Shown: in pieces, positions 1 to 7,329 of the stretch
Layout of the letters: every line of letters begins with the position of its first letter
How positions within the stretch are numbered: the first letter of the stretch is position 1
From: Bariatricus massiliensis
GTDB lineage: Bacteria > Bacillota > Clostridia > Lachnospirales > Lachnospiraceae
NCBI RefSeq assembly: GCF_900086725.1
Contig: NZ_LT574836.1
Location: forward strand, 73,088-105,087
Direction: 5' to 3'
Length of the DNA stretch: 32,000 nucleotides
The notes under the pieces: generated by a model
The model's database searches: none
Seen by the model: only the letters and a program-made list of their open reading frames with translations
What the model was told of the DNA's origin: nothing
Program-made: the position numbers and the translations under genes

Positions 1-845
1 AGAGCTTCGTCATGAGCCGCCTGATCGATATAGCCCTGCTCCAGCATATCATCCAAGACTTTTGTACGTCTCTTTACATTTTCCTCCTGATTGGTAATCG
101 GGTTAAATCTTCCCGGATTCTGTGTGATTCCGGCGATTGTCGCACATTCGGACAAGGTCAGCTCGGACACGTCTTTCCGGAAGTATCTTTTTGCGGCGGA
201 CTGCACGCCCAGCGTGTTCTGCCCAAGATTGACCGTGTTCATATAGCTTTCGAGAATCGTGTCTTTGTCCATCTGCTTTTCTGCCTGAATAGCAAGATAC
301 TGCTCCTGAATTTTACGCTCCAGACTCTGCCAGAATGTATTTTCATTGACAAAGTTCGGGAATACGTTATTTTTAATCAGCTGCTGTGTTATCGTACTTG
401 CACCTTCGGAAAAATTTCCTCCATTCTGCAAGCCGACTACAAAGGCACGGGCGATACCTTGAATATCAATACCGTTGTGTTTGTAAAAACGGGAGTCCTC
501 GACAGCTACAAATGCATGCTGCAGATCCAAGGGTATCTCATCGATAGTTTTATAGACACGGTTAGCGCCGGCGGCGGTAAAGCTGGCTGTCGCTGTGGAA
601 CCGTCATCTGCGAGTACGGTGGACGAAAATTCGGACGGCTTAATACTGGCCGGTGTTATTTCCGGAGAGTCATCGATGATTTTCTTTAGAAAAACACCGC
701 CCCCGATTACTCCGATTATACAAAAAGCCAGCAGACAGAGCAAAAATCCTTTGAACAGGCGAACGCCTATTTTTTTCTTTCGCATATTGGATTTTGATGT
801 GATATCTTTTTGCTTTTTAGAAGCTTTTCTTTTTCCATAATTCAT
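1..845 (-). CDS. Class A penicillin-binding protein (GT51 transglycosylase N-terminal part); the rest of the gene lies beyond the window start
   Basis: Absent from the ORF track because it is open at the window edge. My reverse-strand translation from the ATG at 845-843 reads MNYGKRKASKKQKDITSKSNMRKKKIGVRLFKGFLLCLLAFCIIGVIGGG (signal-anchor TM). It continues through AVEDSRFYKHNGIDIQG, GASTITQQLIKN and ERKIQEQ, which are the GT51 motifs EDxxFxxHxG, GxSTITQQ and RKxxE. A GGAGG (855-859 on + as cctcc) lies 9 nt upstream. The + ORF 12..689 is its shadow. Confidence 0.85.
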   Translation of the reverse strand, partial: MNYGKRKASKKQKDITSKSNMRKKKIGVRLFKGFLLCLLAFCIIGVIGGGVFLKKIIDDSPEITPASIKPSEFSSTVLADDGSTATASFTAAGANRVYKTIDEIPLDLQHAFVAVEDSRFYKHNGIDIQGIARAFVVGLQNGGNFSEGASTITQQLIKNNVFPNFVNENTFWQSLERKIQEQYLAIQAEKQMDKDTILESYMNTVNLGQNTLGVQSAAKRYFRKDVSELTLSECATIAGITQNPGRFNPITNQEENVKRRTKVLDDMLEQGYIDQAAHDEA

Positions 846-872
846 GAATATTTGCCTCCTTCATACTGCAAT

Positions 873-881
873 ATTATAACA
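873..881 (-). promoter_or_regulatory. Extended -10 element (TGtTATAAT) for the PBP gene
   Basis: The reverse strand reads agtttgTTATAATattgcag about 28 nt upstream of the PBP start. The -35 is weak (TTTATT). Confidence 0.35.
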
Positions 882-998
882 AACTTACCTATCTAAATAA
901 AGCAAAATTTGAAAACTTCGTATTTCCTATGAAAAATTTAAGAAAAAGTTTGGAAAATTCTGTTGAATAAAGTCGGATGTAACATTTTTGTAATTTTC

Positions 999-1027
999 TT
1001 GCATCTTAATTCTAAGCTTTGTATACT
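999..1027 (+). promoter_or_regulatory. Sigma-70/SigA-type promoter for the YigZ-family gene
   Basis: TTGCAT (999-1004), a 17-nt spacer, then TATACT (1022-1027), about 57 nt upstream of the ATG at 1084. Confidence 0.4.
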
Positions 1028-1083
1028 GTTTATAGCAGATTTTATAATAGAAATATAAGGGACGACGGAGCGGGTGAATTTTA

Positions 1084-1740
1084 ATGTTGTTGGAATATAA
1101 GACAGTTTATGAGGGAAAAGAATCAGAAATTGTAGAAAAGAAATCCAGATTTATTGCATCGGTAGAGGCGGTTGCCACGGAAGAAGAGGCAGTTGAATTT
1201 ATAGAATATGTAAGAAAAAAATATTGGGATGCGAGACACCATTGCTTTGCCTATGTGATTGGAGAGAACCATGAGTTAAAGCGCTATAATGACGATGGGG
1301 AGCCGGGGGGAACGGCAGGGAAGCCGATGCTGGATGTGCTTCTGGGCGAAGATATCCATAATACAGTGGTTGTTGTAACCAGATATTTTGGAGGTACCCT
1401 CTTAGGGACCGGCGGGTTGGTCCGGGCATATCAGGGAGCGACAAAAGCAGGTATCAATGCCAGTGACATTATCACGAAGAAAAGAGGACACATGCTGGAA
1501 ATTCTTACCGATTATACGGGGCTTGGCAAGATTCAATACATCTTAGGACAGCGAGGCCTGCGTATTATGGATACAGAGTACACGGACAGCGTTAAGCTAA
1601 GTGTATTGATACCGCTGGATGAAGAGCAGGCTGTCATCGGGGAGATAACAGAGGGAACGAACGGACAGGCAGGACTTACCGTGGGGAGAGCGTGCATGTT
1701 CGCAGAGCATGAGAAGGAAATCTTGATTTTTGAGGAATAG
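1084..1740 (+). CDS. YigZ/IMPACT family protein (UPF0029)
   Basis: 218 aa. The segment KKSRFIASVEAV..EEA..FI..VRKKYWDARHHCFAY....RYNDDGEPGGTAGKPMLDVL......VVVVTRYFGGTLLGTGGLVRAY is the characteristic IMPACT/YigZ N-terminal domain signature. Confidence 0.85.
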   Translation: MLLEYKTVYEGKESEIVEKKSRFIASVEAVATEEEAVEFIEYVRKKYWDARHHCFAYVIGENHELKRYNDDGEPGGTAGKPMLDVLLGEDIHNTVVVVTRYFGGTLLGTGGLVRAYQGATKAGINASDIITKKRGHMLEILTDYTGLGKIQYILGQRGLRIMDTEYTDSVKLSVLIPLDEEQAVIGEITEGTNGQAGLTVGRACMFAEHEKEILIFEE

Positions 1741-1851
1741 AAGAGGAAAGAAAAGTCAGATTCCATCCAAATTAACTCTATGTAACTAAAACAGTAAGTA
1801 AAGTTCTATAAAGGAGGGCTCAGCCATACAAGGGAATGGGGTTAAACTTCA

Positions 1852-2208
1852 ATGAGAAAAAGAAGGAAAGTAGTTTTTGTGGTTTTAGTTATTATTGTAA
1901 GTAGCGGCATATTTCATTGTTACAGTGCTTTTAAAGATGTTGGTGTCTCTAATGCGCACCTATATTTTGTGGAGGCGACAATTATTAGTGTTAATAAAAA
2001 TGAGAAAGAATTAACAGTGGAATTGTGTAATCAGTTTGAATTGTATGAAGAAAAGATAGTTATATTAGAATGTGATGAATATGAGAACTTAAATTTAGTA
2101 AAAGGAGATAAAATAGAGTATTCTGTTTTTCCCGGTGCGTTAAATAAGGTATTTGATTTAACGGTTATTCCGCATAAGGAGTACCATTATAGGTTCGTGT
2201 CCAGATAA
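1852..2208 (+). CDS. Hypothetical small membrane-anchored protein (orphan, low GC)
   Basis: 118 aa with a basic N-terminus plus one TM (MRKRRKVVFVVLVIIVSSGIFHCY), followed by an approximately 90-aa beta-rich soluble part. The SD is weak (GGGG, 10 nt upstream). The region is markedly AT-rich: I count 18 G+C in the first 60 nt. I recognise no family with confidence. Confidence 0.5.
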   Translation: MRKRRKVVFVVLVIIVSSGIFHCYSAFKDVGVSNAHLYFVEATIISVNKNEKELTVELCNQFELYEEKIVILECDEYENLNLVKGDKIEYSVFPGALNKVFDLTVIPHKEYHYRFVSR

Positions 2209-2213
2209 GGAAT

Positions 2214-2245
2214 GGGTGGCCGAGTTATTCGGCCACCCAAAAAAA
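2214..2245. terminator. GC-rich hairpin between the convergent orphan ORF and hpf, with a non-canonical tail orientation
   Basis: GGGTGGCCGA (2214-2223), loop gttat, TCGGCCACCC (2229-2238), then A7 (2239-2245). The A-run follows the stem on the + strand, so on the - strand the U-run precedes it. Neither orientation gives a canonical stem plus U-tail. Confidence 0.4.
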
Positions 2246-2287
2246 TTAATAAATTTACACACTTTACTTGACAAATCCTACGGACAT

Positions 2288-2824
2288 TTATTGGAATTCA
2301 GGTTCAATTAATCCGTAAGTTCCATTTTTTCTCTTATATACAACGTTGACTTCGTCTGTCTCGGCATTGCTGAATACATAGAAGCTATGTCCAAGAAGCT
2401 CCATTTGGATGCAGGCATCTTCCGGAAACATAGGTTTGATGCCAAAACGTTTGGTACGGACAATTCTAATCTCATCTGCATCAAAACTAGAATTATCTTC
2501 TTCGATGAATTCCTGACGAAGGTCGTGCCCGCCCTGATGCTTAGCGACCAGTTTGGTTTTATACTTTCTCAGCTGACGCTCAATAATCTCTTCCACTAAA
2601 TCAATCGATACATACATATCATTGCTTTCCTGCTCGGAACGGATGATATTACCTTTTACAGGTATCGTGACTTCAATTTTCTGGCGCTCTTTTTCTACGC
2701 TCAGAGTTACAATAATCTCAGTTCCAGGAGTAAAATACCTTTCTAATTTGCCTAACTTCTGTTCGATGGCTTGCTTTAAGCCAGGTGTGATGTCGATGTT
2801 TCTTCCGCTAATGATAAAATTCAT
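2288..2824 (-). CDS. hpf: Ribosome hibernation promoting factor, long form
   Basis: MNFIISGRNIDITPGLKQAIEQKLGKLERYF....IVTLSVEKERQKIEVTIPVKG.IIRSEQES.DMY.SIDLV...ERQLRKYK, plus the C-terminal dimerisation domain (..IVRTKRF..KPM..EDA..QMELLGHSFYVF.N..T....VVYKR..G.YGLI). The track start at 2833 is a TTG. The ATG at 2824 has AAGGAG 9 nt upstream. Confidence 0.9.
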   Translation of the reverse strand: MNFIISGRNIDITPGLKQAIEQKLGKLERYFTPGTEIIVTLSVEKERQKIEVTIPVKGNIIRSEQESNDMYVSIDLVEEIIERQLRKYKTKLVAKHQGGHDLRQEFIEEDNSSFDADEIRIVRTKRFGIKPMFPEDACIQMELLGHSFYVFSNAETDEVNVVYKRKNGTYGLIEPEFQ

Positions 2825-2920
2825 ACAGCTCAACTCCTTTTTTGGTATTTCCCGTGTAAGCAGAAATCAACTTTCACAGGAGTAGTACTAAGGGAGTATA
2901 TATTCCTTAGCTATGACCAT

Positions 2921-2950
2921 ATTATACTCTATTTAGCTATGGACATGCAA
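2921..2950 (-). promoter_or_regulatory. Promoter for hpf
   Basis: The reverse strand has TTGCAT (2950-2945), an 18-nt spacer and TATAAT (2926-2921). It is bracketed by a direct repeat TTAGCTATG (2907-2915 and 2933-2941 on +). Confidence 0.45.
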
Positions 2951-2995
2951 CGAAATTTCGGAAAAAAATCTTAAAAAATAATAAAAGACTGACAA

Positions 2996-3607
2996 TTAGT
3001 GGATAGAACGGATAACTTCGACTCTGGAGATTTCACCATTGTGCATCTTAGCTACTCTCAGGCCAAAATTGTCATAGTATGTACATGCGCCGACACCGAC
3101 ATCGGTCTTTTCCTGAGCAAAGCGCTCTTTAAGGACATCCAGCAGTGTCTGCTCGTCGTGATAAGGGATGTGGACATGAATGATGCTGTTTACATGGCGC
3201 ACTTTTGATGTAGCTCGGAAAATGACTTTCTCTGATTCTTCGAATTCTGAGAATAAAAATTTTCTTGTGGCAAATAAAATTGCGATGGCGATGACGCCGA
3301 TTAAACTGTTGAGAGGATTGGCGTGGTCGATGATAATCTGTCTTGCGATGGCGAACAACAGCACTTCAAACACAGTTGACGGCCGGTGCTGGTAAAGCAT
3401 ACGGATTAATTCTACGCCGATTATTAAGTTAAAACATGTCTCAAGTAAATCTTCATAATTCGGGTAGATATCCAGATATGGGATATTCCGCAAAGAGAAA
3501 GCAAGTTTTATTGCCAGTAAAGTGATACCTACGGCAAGCATTAGAGATATGAACATTTCCAAAAACACAGAAACCTTCCGCAAAAAGGCAGTGGCATACT
3601 TTTTCAT
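2996..3607 (-). CDS. PsiE-family membrane protein with an extra approximately 80-aa C-terminal soluble domain
   Basis: 203 aa. The segment FAIARQIIIDHANPLNSLIGVIAIAILFATRKFL matches the conserved PsiE core, which I recall for E. coli PsiE as ..[27 protein letters not shown]. There are four predicted TM helices, then the soluble tail EKVIFRATSKVRHVNSIIHVHIPYHDEQTLLDVLKERFAQEKTDVGVGACTYYDNFGLRVAKMHNGEISRVEVIRSIH. The SD is AAAGGGGGA, 5 nt upstream. Confidence 0.7.
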   Translation of the reverse strand: MKKYATAFLRKVSVFLEMFISLMLAVGITLLAIKLAFSLRNIPYLDIYPNYEDLLETCFNLIIGVELIRMLYQHRPSTVFEVLLFAIARQIIIDHANPLNSLIGVIAIAILFATRKFLFSEFEESEKVIFRATSKVRHVNSIIHVHIPYHDEQTLLDVLKERFAQEKTDVGVGACTYYDNFGLRVAKMHNGEISRVEVIRSIH

Positions 3608-3612
3608 AAATG

Positions 3613-3660
3613 TCCCCCTTTTATCAAGTGTATAAATAAATTGTATCGAATAAAAGGGGA
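3613..3660 (-). promoter_or_regulatory. Hairpin whose 3' arm contains the Shine-Dalgarno of the PsiE-family gene
   Basis: On the - strand RNA, UCCCCUUUUAU (3660-3650) pairs with AUAAAAGGGGA (within 3624-3613), giving a 10-11 bp stem and a 25-nt loop. The 3' arm is the SD (AAAGGGGGA), 5 nt before the ATG at 3607. Confidence 0.4.
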
Positions 3661-3668
3661 ACTGTAAA
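3640..3668 (-). promoter_or_regulatory. Internal promoter for the PsiE-family gene
   Basis: The reverse strand has TTTACA (3668-3663), a 17-nt spacer and TACAAT (3645-3640). The spacer contains the 5' (anti-SD) arm of the hairpin, so transcripts from this promoter would lack it. Confidence 0.45.
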
Positions 3669-3677
3669 GATAAAAAA

Positions 3678-4562
3678 TTATTTTTTGAGTTTGCTGAAAA
3701 TGCACGGATATAAAAAAATAATCCACAAGATTACTATAAAATGCTGTATTGTTTTGCCCGCCAGTGTGTGCCCGATCAAAGCCTTAAGTCCGAATTGAAG
3801 CGCGGCGGTAACGGCGAGGCCGGCGATAAAGCGGAGAATTTTTTCTGCACGTGTTCCGGTATGCGCCGAAAAATCTAAGTATTTTTGCTCAAGATACCAT
3901 CCGGCCGCAAATCCTAGTGCGGCGCCGGAGGCTTTGAAACAGTCTGAGGCATAACGGGCTTCAATCACGCCGCCATGATACAAGATATAGGAATAGATAC
4001 AGATTCCGACAGCGGCAGCAGTCACCAGCAGCGCTATCAAGCCGACATGTGAATCGGGACCTACAAATAAATCTTTGTATTTCCAAATCAGCCACGAAAA
4101 CAGTAAGGAAACCCCGATGGCGGTCAATACATCTTTTGGAGTATGGCATCCCAGATACATGCGTGAAAACCCAATCAAAAGAAAAGCTGCCGTACATAAA
4201 AGCTTTATGCTGAGTTTCTTGGCATTCAATGCCAGCGGGGCAAAGAGGCTTGTGCCGCCCTGCGTGTGCCCGCTGGGAAATGAATATCCGGTTGCTGCGG
4301 GAATGGCGCTTTCTACAGCTTTAAAATCAGGATCTAAGACCCAAGGGCGGGGGATGCGGAACGTGATTTTTAGGCCTTGTACGCATAACCCTGCCGTGAC
4401 ATAGGTGAAGCCGATCTGAGTGGCCAGTTTTTTATCAACGCACCAATAGAGTGCGCAGATAACACCTATGAGGAGTAATTCCTGACCAAAATAGGTGATA
4501 AACTGAAACAAAGTATCCAGAAAGGGAGTTCTGATTTCAGACAGTGCCCATAAAAAATTCAT
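3678..4562 (-). CDS. PAP2-family (acid phosphatase / lipid phosphate phosphatase) membrane protein
   Basis: 294 aa and polytopic. The three PAP2 motifs are present: KITFRIPRP (KxxxxxxRP), FPSGHT (PSGH) and SRMYLGCHTPKD (SRxxxxxHxxxD). The start ATG lies 1 nt after the typA stop, with GAGGAA inside the typA 3' end. Confidence 0.85.
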   Translation of the reverse strand: MNFLWALSEIRTPFLDTLFQFITYFGQELLLIGVICALYWCVDKKLATQIGFTYVTAGLCVQGLKITFRIPRPWVLDPDFKAVESAIPAATGYSFPSGHTQGGTSLFAPLALNAKKLSIKLLCTAAFLLIGFSRMYLGCHTPKDVLTAIGVSLLFSWLIWKYKDLFVGPDSHVGLIALLVTAAAVGICIYSYILYHGGVIEARYASDCFKASGAALGFAAGWYLEQKYLDFSAHTGTRAEKILRFIAGLAVTAALQFGLKALIGHTLAGKTIQHFIVILWIIFLYPCIFSKLKK

Positions 4563-4563
4563 A

Positions 4564-6387
4564 CTATTTGATTCCTCGTTTTCTCATTTTAGAATCCAGA
4601 ATTTTTTTGCGGATTCTCAAAGATTTGGGGGTTACTTCCAAAAGTTCGTCGGTGTCGATGAAGTCCAGAGCCTCCTCCAGACTTAAAATGCGGGGAGGTG
4701 TCAGCTTCAGAGCCTCATCGGCGCCAGATGAACGAGTGTTGGTCAAGTGTTTGCTCTTACATACGTTGAGCTCAATATCTTCGGCCTTTCCGTTTTGGCC
4801 AATGACCATACCGGCATATACTTTCTCGCCGGGCCCGATAAAGAGTGTTCCGCGCTCCTGTGCGCTGAACAGGCCATAGGTGACAGATTCTCCCGCCTCG
4901 TATGCTATCAATGAACCCTGACTCCGGTATTGGATATCACCTTTATATGGGGCGTAGCCGTCGAAGGAGGTATTCATGATGCCGTTACCTTTCGTATCCG
5001 TCAAAAATTCACCACGATAGCCGATGAGGCCTCTTGAAGGTATGGAAAACTCTAAACGTGTATAGCCGCCGTTAGACATTCCCATATTCTGAAGTTCCCC
5101 TTTTCTCTGGCTCAGCTTGTCGATGACGGTTCCGGTGAACTCATCCGGTACATCAATGTAAGCCAATTCAATTGGCTCCAGCCGCTTACCGTTCTCATCA
5201 GTTTTGTACAGAACCTCTGCTTTGCTGACCGCAAATTCATAGCCTTCACGGCGCATATTTTCAATCAGTACTGAAAGGTGTAGTTCTCCACGTCCGGCTA
5301 CGGTGAAGCTGTCGGTATTCTCTGTCTCGGTAACACGGAGGCTCACATCGGTGTTCAGTTCACGGAAGAGACGCTCACGCAGGTGGCGTGAAGTGACATA
5401 TTTGCCCTCCTGACCTGCAAAGGGGCTGTCGTTGACAACGAACTGCATTGCGATAGTCGGTTCGGAAATCTTCTGGAATTTGATAGGGCTCGGATTATCG
5501 GGAGAACAGATACTGTCCCCGATGGAAATATCTGCGATTCCGGAAATTGCCACAATAGAGCCAATACCGGCTTCTTTTACTTCTACTTTATTCAATCCGT
5601 CGAATTCATATAACTTACTGATTTTTACTTTTTTCTGTTTGTCCGGCTCGTGGTGGTTGACAACAATCACGTCCTGATTGACAGAAATCGTTCCGTTGTC
5701 TACTTTACCGACTCCGATACGCCCCACATATTCATTGTAATCAATCGTACTGATCAGCATCTGTGTGCCTGCATCCGGGTCTCCTTCCGGAGCGGGGATA
5801 TAGTCAAGGATTGTCTCGAACAGGGGAATCATATCGGCAGGTTCATCCTCTTCGTTATATGTCGCGTACCCGTCTCTTGCGGATGCGTAGAGAAATGGAC
5901 AGTCCAGCTGCTCGTCGGTGGCGCCCAGATCCATCAAGAGTTCCAGAACTTCGTCGATTACTCCATCAGGTCTTGCCTCCGGGCGGTCAATTTTGTTGAT
6001 GCACACAATAACAGGGAGTTTTAACGCAAGCGCTTTTTTCAGCACGAATTTAGTCTGTGGCATTGCGCCCTCAAAGGCGTCAACAACGAGAACCACTCCG
6101 TTGACCATTTTCAGCACACGCTCGACTTCTCCTCCGAAGTCAGCATGTCCCGGTGTGTCGATGATGTTAATTTTTGTGTTTTTATAAAATACAGCTGTAT
6201 TCTTAGAGAGAATTGTAATTCCACGTTCACGCTCAATATCATTGGAATCCATGACACGTTCTGCCACATCCTGATTTTCTCTGAATACGCCGCTTTGTTT
6301 CAAAAGTTCGTCCACCAATGTTGTCTTTCCGTGGTCAACATGGGCTATAATAGCGATATTTCTGATGTCTTCACGCTTTGTCTTCAT
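4564..6387 (-). CDS. typA: Translational GTPase TypA/BipA
   Basis: 607 aa. IRNIAIIAHVDHGKTTLVDELL (G1), DSNDIERERGITI, DTPGHADFGGEVER (G3) and NKID (G4), with full-length colinearity to BipA. Confidence 0.97.
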   Translation of the reverse strand: MKTKREDIRNIAIIAHVDHGKTTLVDELLKQSGVFRENQDVAERVMDSNDIERERGITILSKNTAVFYKNTKINIIDTPGHADFGGEVERVLKMVNGVVLVVDAFEGAMPQTKFVLKKALALKLPVIVCINKIDRPEARPDGVIDEVLELLMDLGATDEQLDCPFLYASARDGYATYNEEDEPADMIPLFETILDYIPAPEGDPDAGTQMLISTIDYNEYVGRIGVGKVDNGTISVNQDVIVVNHHEPDKQKKVKISKLYEFDGLNKVEVKEAGIGSIVAISGIADISIGDSICSPDNPSPIKFQKISEPTIAMQFVVNDSPFAGQEGKYVTSRHLRERLFRELNTDVSLRVTETENTDSFTVAGRGELHLSVLIENMRREGYEFAVSKAEVLYKTDENGKRLEPIELAYIDVPDEFTGTVIDKLSQRKGELQNMGMSNGGYTRLEFSIPSRGLIGYRGEFLTDTKGNGIMNTSFDGYAPYKGDIQYRSQGSLIAYEAGESVTYGLFSAQERGTLFIGPGEKVYAGMVIGQNGKAEDIELNVCKSKHLTNTRSSGADEALKLTPPRILSLEEALDFIDTDELLEVTPKSLRIRKKILDSKMRKRGIK

Positions 6388-6432
6388 ATTAATATGTCCT
6401 TCTTCCTACCTATTTAATGTTGTAACCCGTAT

Positions 6433-6460
6433 AGTGTATCACATTTTCGAAAATTTACAA
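6433..6460 (-). promoter_or_regulatory. Promoter for typA
   Basis: The reverse strand has TTGTAA (6460-6455), a 16-nt spacer and an extended -10 TGaTACACT (6441-6433). Confidence 0.45.
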
Positions 6461-6567
6461 GTACTAAAAAATTTTTTTGGATTTTAGTTCTAAATATGGA
6501 ATTCCAATCATAGATTAAGTATTGACTAAAAAATACGTAAACGAAAAGGAAGGAGATTTACATTAAA

Positions 6568-7206
6568 ATGTCAGATAAGATTATTGAAAACAATCAGGTA
6601 ACTATTATGGGAGAGGTGGCGACAGGATTTACGTTCAGCCATGAAGTGTTCGGAGAAGGGTTCTATATGGTGGAGGTGAACGTAAAACGCCTGAGTAATT
6701 CCTGCGACACCATTCCGCTGATGATTTCCGAGAGGCTCATTGACGTGACACAGGATTATACCGGGGAATTCATCTCAGCACAAGGCCAGTTCCGCTCATA
6801 CAACAGGCATGAGGAGCAGAAGAACCGCCTGATATTATCTGTTTTCGTAAGGGAAGTTTCATTTGTAGAGGAGGAGCCGGACGGGTCAAAGACGAACAGT
6901 ATCCTATTGGACGGCTACATATGTAAAGAACCTATTTACAGAAAGACACCTCTTGGCAGGGAAATCGCGGACCTTCTGCTTGCAGTGAACCGTCCTTATG
7001 GGAAATCCGATTATATTCCCTGTATATGCTGGGGACGTAATGCCAGATATGCGTCCAGCTTCGAAGTGGGAGAGCACGTACAGGTTCTGGGACGGATTCA
7101 GAGCAGGGAATATGTGAAGAAATTATCGGAGACAGAAACCGATAAACGAATTGCCTATGAGGTTTCTGTGAGCAAGCTGGAATGTTTGGAAGAGGCAGAG
7201 TTGTAA
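6568..7206 (+). CDS. SSB-like protein with two tandem OB-fold halves and no acidic C-terminal tip
   Basis: 212 aa. The halves (approximately 8-100 and 108-208) align with each other: VKRLSNSCDTIPLMI vs VNRPYGKSDYIPCIC, GEFISAQGQFRSYN vs GEHVQVLGRIQSREY, and VREVSFVEE vs VSKLECLEE. The N.v.l.G pattern followed by a beta-barrel is SSB/PriB-like. There is no DDD(I/L)PF tail. Confidence 0.7.
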   Translation: MSDKIIENNQVTIMGEVATGFTFSHEVFGEGFYMVEVNVKRLSNSCDTIPLMISERLIDVTQDYTGEFISAQGQFRSYNRHEEQKNRLILSVFVREVSFVEEEPDGSKTNSILLDGYICKEPIYRKTPLGREIADLLLAVNRPYGKSDYIPCICWGRNARYASSFEVGEHVQVLGRIQSREYVKKLSETETDKRIAYEVSVSKLECLEEAEL

Positions 7207-7230
7207 TACCCAAAGACAGGACTTCTTTGA

Positions 7231-7259
7231 TTGACACGAGAATTAATTAATGATACACT
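7231..7259 (+). promoter_or_regulatory. Promoter for dapA
   Basis: TTGACA (7231-7236), a 17-nt spacer and TACACT (7254-7259) with a TG extension (TGaTACACT). Confidence 0.5.
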
Positions 7260-7329
7260 TAATTTAGTCGATTAAAGCATGCGTGCCGCGCTGCTAATGG
7301 TCAAAAAGGTATAGTCAGGAGGTCATATT

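Noticed and set aside
12-689. 225-aa ORF on the + strand at the window start
   Set aside because: It is the antisense shadow of the PBP gene, whose reverse-strand translation shows unambiguous GT51 motifs. The + strand peptide is Cys-, Phe- and Leu-rich with no motifs or SD.
2190-2206. tRNA T-loop-like motif GGTTCGTGTCC
   Set aside because: The flanking bases do not form a T-stem (ATAGG vs CCAGA), there is no acceptor, D or anticodon arm around it, and it lies inside the orphan ORF.
7207-7329. Possible lysine (L-box) riboswitch upstream of dapA (also considered upstream of lysC)
   Set aside because: The leader is only about 70 nt after the predicted promoter. It lacks the multi-helix L-box architecture and conserved core, and has no terminator/antiterminator pair. 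lysC has only a 9-nt gap upstream.
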